Source: an uncultured Pseudomonadota bacterium
Lineage (GTDB): Bacteria > Pseudomonadota > Alphaproteobacteria > Rs-D84
DNA: 64,000 nucleotides
NCBI GenBank assembly: GCA_902798205.1
Contig: CADBVV010000001.1
Coordinates: 3,020-67,019, forward strand
Direction of reading: 5' to 3'
Positions 31,415 to 39,301 of the stretch are shown one piece after another. The notes under the pieces are model-generated. The model worked only from the letters and a program-made list of their open reading frames with translations, did not search any database and was not told the origin of the DNA. Position numbers and translations under genes: made by a program. Numbering within the stretch: the stretch's first letter is position 1; every line of letters begins with the position of its first letter.

Positions 31415-31828
31415 TCATTTATTACACCACGATTTACGTTTACCACCAGAATATGCACGTCCAACTTTTTCTTTGACTAAAACCAATCCGATATCACGGT
31501 TGGCAGAATCATAGACATTTGCATCAATACGGCCTGCATATTTGTCATTGGTTATATTTTTTATTTCTATGACAGAACCGGATGGGATCAATTCTTCCAA
31601 TCTTTGTTTGGCATATTTTGCACGCTTGATTTCAGATTCACAATCACCATGTAATTCTGGGGTATCAACATTACGCAAGCGAACTTTGACAGACATAACC
31701 TCTGTTTTATCTGCCAAAATAATATCACCAACAAAAGTATCCCCATCAATCACATGCGCAACACGCACAGGGGTTGCCAAACAATTTTGACCAACAAGAA
31801 ACATACAAAATAACAAAAATCTTTTCAT
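31415..31828 (-). CDS. Secreted thermonuclease (SNase) family protein
   Basis: VIDGDT, VRL.NVDTPE, DKYAGR; signal peptide. Confidence 0.9.
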   Translation of the reverse strand: MKRFLLFCMFLVGQNCLATPVRVAHVIDGDTFVGDIILADKTEVMSVKVRLRNVDTPELHGDCESEIKRAKYAKQRLEELIPSGSVIEIKNITNDKYAGRIDANVYDSANRDIGLVLVKEKVGRAYSGGKRKSWCNK

Positions 31829-33150
31829 TATGGTAATTTTGGAGACCATGTAGGTTCTACACCATTTATCCCATCTTTTAATTCGATATCATACATATTT
31901 TGACCGGTAATATCTACACTGCGGATATGGCTGATACGTTCTTCACCATCTTCTGCGCGTTCTGTTTCATAGTACACTACGCGACGTGATCCGGGCGCCC
32001 AAGACGGCGCTTCCATATACCAACCACCCGCCAATATCTTTTCATGGCGCCCCTGAGGATTCATAATACCGATATAGAAAGTGTTTTCTGCAATTTTTGT
32101 AAAGGCGATATAATTTCCGTCTGGCGACCATGCAGGTGTAGCATAACGCCCCTCCCCAAAAGTTATACGATTTTGTTTACCTGTTTTTAAATCCAGCACA
32201 TGTATCTGTTGTGAACCAGAACTGTCTGAATTAAATGCCATATAACGACCATCCGGGGAATAAGATGGGCTGGTATCAATATGTTTACCAAAAGTTAATT
32301 GACGCAAAACTTTGGTTGTAATGTCATATTCATAAATATTTGTAATACCATTCTTTACCAAAGATAATGCAACACGATTACCATCTGGTGAAAAACGTGG
32401 CGCAAAACTCATACCACCAAAATTACCCAATTTTGTTTGATCACCTGTTTCTAAATCCAAAACCCAAACCATTGGGTCATCATTTCTGTATGATAAAAAT
32501 ACCACACTGGACATATTAGGCGAAAAATGTGGTGACATAACAAAAGTCTTCTTATCAGATAAATAACGCATGCCATAACCATCTTGATCCATAATCGCCA
32601 TACGTTTTACACGATTATCCACAGGACCAGTTTCGGCAATAAATACTATTTGTGTATCAAAATACCCTATTTCGCCTGTCAATCTTTCATAAATTGCATC
32701 CGCCATTATGTGTGCAAGTCTGCGAACAGATTTCTTGGAAGCAATCAAACTTTGGGCTTCTATTTGTTCTTTGCCGTTCACATCCCACAAATAAAATTCC
32801 AGTTTATAATTATCTTTGCCTTCTGGTTTTATACTTGCCTGGACAAGGGCCTGTGTTTTTATCGCAGCCCAACTTTTAAAATTAGGCATTTCATTCATTT
32901 TTACATATTCAGGAAATGCATCATGATTAACAATTCTGAAAAGGCCTGTGCGTTTTAAATCATCTTCGACAACCTGTCTTAACATTTTGACATCTGAACT
33001 GGATACTTTGCCATTTGTTTCAAACTTTTGAACAGCAATCGATGTCGGATCAATTCCACCAGCAACAATATCAACATGCAATTCTGCACGTGCATTTGAT
33101 ACAAACAAAACCGACACAACAGCCATAAAAAACGATAATAATTTACGCAT
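31828..33150 (-). CDS. tolB: Tol-Pal system protein TolB
   Basis: AH..AD.IYE.LTG..G.FDT; PD40 repeats (SPDG). Confidence 0.95.
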   Translation of the reverse strand: MRKLLSFFMAVVSVLFVSNARAELHVDIVAGGIDPTSIAVQKFETNGKVSSSDVKMLRQVVEDDLKRTGLFRIVNHDAFPEYVKMNEMPNFKSWAAIKTQALVQASIKPEGKDNYKLEFYLWDVNGKEQIEAQSLIASKKSVRRLAHIMADAIYERLTGEIGYFDTQIVFIAETGPVDNRVKRMAIMDQDGYGMRYLSDKKTFVMSPHFSPNMSSVVFLSYRNDDPMVWVLDLETGDQTKLGNFGGMSFAPRFSPDGNRVALSLVKNGITNIYEYDITTKVLRQLTFGKHIDTSPSYSPDGRYMAFNSDSSGSQQIHVLDLKTGKQNRITFGEGRYATPAWSPDGNYIAFTKIAENTFYIGIMNPQGRHEKILAGGWYMEAPSWAPGSRRVVYYETERAEDGEERISHIRSVDITGQNMYDIELKDGINGVEPTWSPKLP

Positions 33151-33277
33151 AAAAAATCCTTTCCTTTTAATACAGAGATGATTCTAGCACACATTAATAC
33201 AAAAAAGCAAAAATTAAAAGTCATACACACCACAATACAAATGCCTATATTTCCGCCATCACAGACGTATACATAAA

Positions 33278-33309
33278 TGTATTGACAAATGTAAATACAA
33301 TGATATAGT
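33278..33309 (+). promoter_or_regulatory. Promoter with overlapping inverted repeat (candidate operator)
   Basis: TTGACA-N16-TATAGT; TGTATTGACA..TGTAAATACA imperfect palindrome over the -35. Confidence 0.55.
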
Positions 33310-33342
33310 CAGTTGTAATTACTAAAGTATAGGAGTTGGTAT

Positions 33343-33573
33343 ATGCCTAATGTAATGCAACAATTATTCGTTATGAATATTGAAACCTTGCTGAAAGAAT
33401 ATGCTGCCTTTCGTGCATTTAATAAATCGGATTGCGTAATAAATATGCGAATTCCACATCAAATATTGGAAAAAATTAAAGAATTGGCAGACGCACAACA
33501 CGTTCCATATCAATCATTAATATCATCTGTTTTATTTTCATTGGCTAATGTTGACGAATCTAAAAAGGATTAA
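33343..33573 (+). CDS. CopG/ribbon-helix-helix antitoxin-like protein
   Basis: INMRIP...LEKIKELA....VPYQSLI; AGGAG RBS. Confidence 0.75.
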   Translation: MPNVMQQLFVMNIETLLKEYAAFRAFNKSDCVINMRIPHQILEKIKELADAQHVPYQSLISSVLFSLANVDESKKD

Positions 33574-33575
33574 AA

Positions 33576-34505
33576 ATGATAAGTACATCCCCTTCCCCAC
33601 GCGAAGCAAATATTTACAAAGCGTTAAATCAACGTCGTTATCAAGACAACCGCTCCCTTTTTGACAACCAAGAAACATCTTCTTATTGGACATTGTCAGA
33701 TTTAACCATTTTATACCCAAACTATTTTGATATAAGCCAACCGATTTCAAGTTCTGTTATCACAAAAATAAACAGCATGGTTTTTAAAGCCATACCTGCA
33801 TTTCAAAACTTAACACCACAACCAATTCATATATTAAATTTTAAAGAAGATTACAACGCATTTGTAAAAGAAGCCCACGAAATAAAATCAATAAAAAACG
33901 GCACAAACCAAAAATTATCACCCATTGTTTGCGAATATTTATTTGGCCAAATAAATGGCGCCGAATTTGAACAGGCATATTTTATGTGCCCAAACAGACA
34001 AATCGAAGATATAAAATCCATATCAAATCAGATAAGATTTGCCAATGTTCGCACCCAAGTAAAACGTTTAAGCGAAAATTTAGCATCCATTACAAAACAT
34101 GCCATTGGATCTAATCTGGATTCTTATTCTGACATATGGTCTTATTTATGGTGCAGATTATTCAACGTACAAAGCATGGACATTTTACGTCAAAGATATT
34201 GTTTAAAAGAAAATGAAACCATTTTGGATTATATGACATTGGGACCATTAAATTATATGAACAAGATATTGCCAGAAATCTTGTCACGAATTTATGCCAG
34301 ACCCCATGTTTCAATAGATGAAATAAAATATATTATATCCATTGTTATATCACCGGACCGCATTGCACAATTCACAAAAGATTTTGGTGATCCGGTCACG
34401 AATTATACACAAAAGAATACAGAAACCGGTATATTGGCACCAATCAATCGTGCCAGAACAGCGCTGTGGTATAAAACGTACCCTTTATCATTAAAACAAA
34501 AATAA
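33576..34505 (+). CDS. Hypothetical protein, remote DinD-like
   Basis: LSPIVCEYL..EFEQAYF..ILDYM resembles remembered DinD motifs LSRYACYL..AFAQTYF..ILDHM. Confidence 0.55.
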   Translation: MISTSPSPREANIYKALNQRRYQDNRSLFDNQETSSYWTLSDLTILYPNYFDISQPISSSVITKINSMVFKAIPAFQNLTPQPIHILNFKEDYNAFVKEAHEIKSIKNGTNQKLSPIVCEYLFGQINGAEFEQAYFMCPNRQIEDIKSISNQIRFANVRTQVKRLSENLASITKHAIGSNLDSYSDIWSYLWCRLFNVQSMDILRQRYCLKENETILDYMTLGPLNYMNKILPEILSRIYARPHVSIDEIKYIISIVISPDRIAQFTKDFGDPVTNYTQKNTETGILAPINRARTALWYKTYPLSLKQK

Positions 34506-34533
34506 AAAAGCCGCCCAAATGGGCGGCTTTTTT
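34504..34533. terminator. Bidirectional terminator
   Basis: AAAAAAGCCGCCCA-AA-TGGGCGGCTTTTTT. Confidence 0.85.
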
Positions 34534-34554
34534 ATTTCAATTGTTCTTATATTA

Positions 34555-34908
34555 TTAAACATTACCAAAGTTTCTGATAATATCTTCACAACCAATAAGT
34601 CTTGCACCTGTTGCAGACATAACGAACGATAACAATACACCAACCAAGAATAACAAGCTGAAACCAACCAATAATCCTTGGCCCTTTTCTTTGATATCTT
34701 TCATTTCTGCTTTACCAGATGAAATATATCCCCATGCCCAACCTGCGATATAGAACGCAGCACCAATAAATGCCATTGTACGAAGCAAATTAAATACACC
34801 GGATAAACTTTGTAAAGCAGCGCACATACCATTATCAGCAGCAAATGCAGGAACAGATACCATTAAACCAATCAAAGCAAAATTGATTTTATTCATAACT
34901 TTTTTCAT
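34555..34908 (-). CDS. TrbC/VirB2-like pilin (small two-TM protein with signal peptide)
   Basis: Leader ending PAFA, two hydrophobic helices joined by a short basic loop. Confidence 0.55.
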   Translation of the reverse strand: MKKVMNKINFALIGLMVSVPAFAADNGMCAALQSLSGVFNLLRTMAFIGAAFYIAGWAWGYISSGKAEMKDIKEKGQGLLVGFSLLFLVGVLLSFVMSATGARLIGCEDIIRNFGNV

Positions 34909-34963
34909 ATAAAAACTCCTTTCTTTCGTATTATTTTATCACAAAAAACACATATTAACAAAT

Positions 34964-34998
34964 AAAAAAAGCGTCATCTTTCAAGATGACGCTTTTTT
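34964..34998 (-). terminator. Intrinsic terminator
   Basis: AAAAAAAGCGTCATCTT/AAGATGACGCTTTTTT. Confidence 0.85.
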
Positions 34999-35012
34999 AT
35001 AATCGATATTGA

Positions 35013-35384
35013 TTATCCAGCATATGCAGGAACAATAACATATCTGTTTTTCAAAACTTGTTTTTTACCACATGTTTTGCAACCACATTTTGACGCCACA
35101 GGTTCTTCTGTCGCTGCAGGAATAATCGCTTTTCTGTCGTTGCGTTGTGAATAACCATATGTATCATTCAAATACAAATCTTCACATCTTACATTGTTGT
35201 ATACAACTTTCTTGGCATCTTTCAATGTACGAATTTCGCTATTAAATTCTTTACCTTTTTCATTATAGTAATAAACACAGTTATCACCTTCCTGACGGTA
35301 ACGAACATCAGTTTTGTAATAATCATAGCCAGAACAGCCGGCGATTAATGTAAAACCTAATAAAGACAAAATAACTTTTTTCAT
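35013..35384 (-). CDS. Lipoprotein of unknown function
   Basis: Lipobox LIAGC; C-terminal CGCKTC. Confidence 0.75.
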   Translation of the reverse strand: MKKVILSLLGFTLIAGCSGYDYYKTDVRYRQEGDNCVYYYNEKGKEFNSEIRTLKDAKKVVYNNVRCEDLYLNDTYGYSQRNDRKAIIPAATEEPVASKCGCKTCGKKQVLKNRYVIVPAYAG

Positions 35385-35510
35385 TTGTTTTCCTTTTGTT
35401 AACTCTTTAATCAAATTTTGACACAAATATTTCTGTTGTCAAGATTTAATATTAAATCACAAAAAAACACTCTTTTATGATATAATATCACAGAAAAGGA
35501 AGAAAAACAA

Positions 35511-36452
35511 ATGCACTACTCTAATTTTGGACTTGCCAACACAAAAACACTTCTTAAACGCGCTTTACAAAACGGTTATGCTGTGCCGGCATTTAATTTC
35601 TATAATATGGAAACATTGGACGCAATATTAACCGCCGCACGAATAACACAAAGCCCGATTATATTGGCCGTATCCGAAGCTGCCCTTGAATATATGAGTG
35701 GAGATATATTGATGGGCATGATTCGTGGTGCAAAATACGAACCTGGCCAAATAGCATTACACCTGGATCATGGGCACAGTTTTGAAATTTGCAAATATGC
35801 CGCCAATATTGGTTTTTCATCTGTGATGTTTGATGGCAGCACATTACCATTAGAACAAAATATTTCCGAATCGCGTAAAATTGCAGATTACGTCCATAAA
35901 TTTGATATATCCCTGGAAACAGAACTGGGTGTTTTATCCGGCATAGAAGATGAAAACACTAAATCAGAAACACATTCTTATACCAATCCGGATATAGTTA
36001 AAAGTTTTGTAAAACAAACACAAACCGATTCGTTGGCCGTCGCAATTGGGACATCTCACGGTGCGTACAAAAGAAAAAGTGAAAAAGAATCTTTGCGATT
36101 CGATATATTAAAACAAATTGCTGACAACATACCAAAGGTTCCATTGGTATTACATGGTGCATCAAATATCCCGCAAAAATACATTAAACAAATAAACAAA
36201 TTTGGTGGCAATATAAAAAACGCACGTGGTATTTCACCATCACAAATTCGTCGCGCAATATCATTACATATTACAAAAGTTAATGTTGAAACCGATTCGC
36301 GTTTGGCTTTTACTGCAGCGATTCGGAAAACATTATCAACCAATCCATCCGTATTTAATCCACGCGATTATTTATCAAATGCCAAAGATGAAATGGTGAA
36401 AAATTGTATTGATGAAATACAAAATATTATGGGATCTGGCTATAAATTTTAA
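35511..36452 (+). CDS. fba: Class II fructose-bisphosphate aldolase
   Basis: AVPAFN, LHLDHG, SVMFDGS, GTSHGAYK, LVLHGAS. Confidence 0.93.
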   Translation: MHYSNFGLANTKTLLKRALQNGYAVPAFNFYNMETLDAILTAARITQSPIILAVSEAALEYMSGDILMGMIRGAKYEPGQIALHLDHGHSFEICKYAANIGFSSVMFDGSTLPLEQNISESRKIADYVHKFDISLETELGVLSGIEDENTKSETHSYTNPDIVKSFVKQTQTDSLAVAIGTSHGAYKRKSEKESLRFDILKQIADNIPKVPLVLHGASNIPQKYIKQINKFGGNIKNARGISPSQIRRAISLHITKVNVETDSRLAFTAAIRKTLSTNPSVFNPRDYLSNAKDEMVKNCIDEIQNIMGSGYKF

Positions 36453-36457
36453 TTAAT

Positions 36458-36484
36458 AAAAAAACCGCCTGTACGGCGGTTTTT
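36458..36484. terminator. Bidirectional terminator
   Basis: AAAACCGCC-TGTAC-GGCGGTTTTT; near-identical hairpin at 44948-44978. Confidence 0.8.
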
Positions 36485-36502
36485 CTTCATTTTACAAAAA
36501 AC

Positions 36503-36598
36503 AAATTAAAACGGTGCAGATGCGCCGTTGTTATTAAGTGAAGTGTACACAAAGGTACATGAACCCAATAACGACAAGCAGATGTGTCGTTATAATTT
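36503..36598. repeat. Palindromic intergenic element, ERIC/RPE-like
   Basis: ~96-nt imperfect hairpin with two GCAGATG copies and an apical TGTAC/GTACA stem. Confidence 0.55.
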
Positions 36599-36606
36599 AT
36601 TTTTAT

Positions 36607-37176
36607 TTATTTTGCTCTTTCAACATATTCTAATGTTTCTGTATTAACAACAATTCTTTCGCCTTGTTCAATAAACGTTGGAACCTGAACACGAACACCG
36701 TTATCCAAAATTGCTGGTTTACCACCACTGCTGGTTGCTGTTTGACCTTTTAATGCAGGTTCTGTTTCTTCAACAGTTGCAATAACAGTTTTTGGCAATG
36801 TGATTGATACAGGATGTCCTTCGACAAAGTTTGCTTTGACCAACATTTCTGGTGCCAAAAATTTCATTTGTTCGCCCAATGATTCATTTGGCATTGTGAA
36901 TTGTTCGTAATCAGATAAATTCATAAAGAATGCATCTGTACCATCAGAATACAAATATTGACATTCAATATCTTCAACCATCAATTTTTCAACTTTATCT
37001 TCTGCGCGCCAACGATCGCCGCCTTTATTACCAGAATCAATATCACGAAGATCAGCTTGAACAAAAGCACCACCCTTGCCTGGTTTTACTTTTGTGATAG
37101 ATGTAACAGAATAACGTTTTCCATTGTGGGAAATAACCCAACCCACACGCATATCATTTGCAATATAAGATGCCAT
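36607..37176 (-). CDS. efp: Elongation factor P
   Basis: KPGKGGAF, KPA.L.NG..VQVP.FI. Confidence 0.97.
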   Translation of the reverse strand: MASYIANDMRVGWVISHNGKRYSVTSITKVKPGKGGAFVQADLRDIDSGNKGGDRWRAEDKVEKLMVEDIECQYLYSDGTDAFFMNLSDYEQFTMPNESLGEQMKFLAPEMLVKANFVEGHPVSITLPKTVIATVEETEPALKGQTATSSGGKPAILDNGVRVQVPTFIEQGERIVVNTETLEYVERAK

Positions 37177-37282
37177 TTGTTTACCCCTTGGTTTAAATTT
37201 ACCAGATAAGAATATAATAAAGTTTTTGTTTTAGCAACAAAAAATCCGCCACTTTGGGCGGATATAAGCATTTTGTATATTT

Positions 37283-38395
37283 TTACATACGCATTGGCAT
37301 TAAAACGAATAATGCGTCTGTATCTTTTTCAGTAGATTTAATAATTGTTGGTGACAAAGATTCTTGCATTTCCATTTGGAATTTATCACCTTCGACCTGA
37401 CCCGCAACATCAAGCAAGAATTTAACATTAAAGTTAATTGTAAATGTTGCATCACCATTATATTCTACATCTAATTCTTGGGTTGCAGCCCCAGCATCTG
37501 GACTGGAAGCACTGATAACCAATTTATTCATAGAAAACGCCAATTGAACAGATTTTGTTTTATCAACACTGGCAACAGAAACCAAATCAACAGCATTAAC
37601 AAATTGTTTTCTGTCCAAGATAGCAATCTTGTCATTTCCCTTTGGAATAACAACACGATAATTTGGATATTGTGCATCAACCAATTTGCTTGTCAAAGTA
37701 GCGGCGCCAACTGTGAAACGTGCCTTGGTATCAGACAATTCAATCAAAACATCGTCAACATTTGCATCTTCTAATAATTTTGACAATTCACCAATAACGC
37801 GTCTTGGGATAATAACCGAAGGCATACCTTTCGCTGCTGCAGGTGCATCAATTGCACACAAAGCCATTCTTTGTGCGTCAGTTGCAACGGCAGTTAATTT
37901 ACCAGTATCTTCAGATATATGGAAATATATACCGCCCAAATGATAACGGACATCATCTGTTGGGATAGCAAATTTTGTTTGGTTAATCAAATGTGCCAAA
38001 TCACCAGTTGTCATTTGGAATTTTGTGCTTAAATTACCACCAGCCATTGCAGGGAAATTTTCTGCAGGCAATGTTGGCAAATGGAACACTGCACGACCAC
38101 TGGATACAACCAATTGATCACCAGATTGTTTGAAACTTATTTCTGCATCATCTGGCAATTTACGAACAATATCATACAACATCTGTACAGGTACTGTTGT
38201 TTTACCAGCCAATGTAATATCAGCCGCAACATGTTCAACCAATTCTAAATCTACATTTGTTGCAGACAACACCAAATCATCTGAAACTTCGATTTTAACA
38301 TTAACCAATATAGGCAAAGTAGCACGTTTTTCAACGATAGACTGCATATGCCCCAGCGCACGTATTAAAACCTGACGAAACACTGAAAATTCCAT
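37283..38395 (-). CDS. dnaN: DNA polymerase III beta clamp
   Basis: TLPIL, VATD, YPNY..VIP, LMPMR C-terminus. Confidence 0.96.
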   Translation of the reverse strand: MEFSVFRQVLIRALGHMQSIVEKRATLPILVNVKIEVSDDLVLSATNVDLELVEHVAADITLAGKTTVPVQMLYDIVRKLPDDAEISFKQSGDQLVVSSGRAVFHLPTLPAENFPAMAGGNLSTKFQMTTGDLAHLINQTKFAIPTDDVRYHLGGIYFHISEDTGKLTAVATDAQRMALCAIDAPAAAKGMPSVIIPRRVIGELSKLLEDANVDDVLIELSDTKARFTVGAATLTSKLVDAQYPNYRVVIPKGNDKIAILDRKQFVNAVDLVSVASVDKTKSVQLAFSMNKLVISASSPDAGAATQELDVEYNGDATFTINFNVKFLLDVAGQVEGDKFQMEMQESLSPTIIKSTEKDTDALFVLMPMRM

Positions 38396-38527
38396 AATTT
38401 GCTCCTGTTCTTTTTATTTCATTAATTTCCTGTCTGAAAGTGTACCAAAAAACACCGATTCGGTGCAAGAGCAAATCTAATAAAAAAGAAACTTTATTTT
38501 TATTTGACAAAATGATTTTTTATCAAA

Positions 38528-39298
38528 TCATTTTACCAAGATTTTTTCTAATTTATTGCGGATTTTTTTCACATCATCATATTTTTTGATCGTCCCCTTT
38601 TCCGCAAACGATATATCGCCTGTTTCTTCGGATACTACCAAAATAATTGATTTTGACATTTCTGACATCCCAAGTGCTGCCCTGTGACGCGTACCATATT
38701 TCCACTGCAACTGATTTTGTGACAATGGTAAAATTGCCCCGGCATATTTAATCTTGTTATCTGCAATTATAACAGCACCATCATGCAATGGTGTTTTATT
38801 AAAGAATATTGTTAACAATAATTCGCTTGATATAATCGCATCAATCTTTGTGCCATAACGTTCAATGACACCATCATCAATATCTTCTGGAAAAACAATC
38901 AAAGCCCCAGTATGTTTTTCTGACATATACGTCACAGCTTTTATTATTTCTTCTACAGATTTTTGTTTGTTTGATGAATTTTTAACATCTTGTCTGAAAG
39001 CATATATTATATTCTTCCATCCACGAATATTTCCCATTAACGCTAAAAATTTTCGCAATTCTGGTTGAAAAATAACAATTAATGCAACAGATAAAAACAA
39101 TGCCAACCAATGTAAAAAACGTCCCAAAAGATGTAAGTGTACCATTGGCAACAAAAAACTTAATGCCCAAATCACACCAAGTCCAAACAACCCACGCACC
39201 AGTTTTTCAGAAGATGTGTTTTTTATGAAACTTACATAAAATGCATAAACCATTAATACAATTATGAAAATTTCGATAATATTTAACCATGTTAACAT
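38528..39298 (-). CDS. cdaA: Diadenylate cyclase, CdaA/DacA type
   Basis: 3 N-terminal TM, IFQPELR, PLHDGA, GTRHRAA, VSEETG. Confidence 0.92.
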   Translation of the reverse strand: MLTWLNIIEIFIIVLMVYAFYVSFIKNTSSEKLVRGLFGLGVIWALSFLLPMVHLHLLGRFLHWLALFLSVALIVIFQPELRKFLALMGNIRGWKNIIYAFRQDVKNSSNKQKSVEEIIKAVTYMSEKHTGALIVFPEDIDDGVIERYGTKIDAIISSELLLTIFFNKTPLHDGAVIIADNKIKYAGAILPLSQNQLQWKYGTRHRAALGMSEMSKSIILVVSEETGDISFAEKGTIKKYDDVKKIRNKLEKILVK

Positions 39299-39301
39299 TT
39301 T

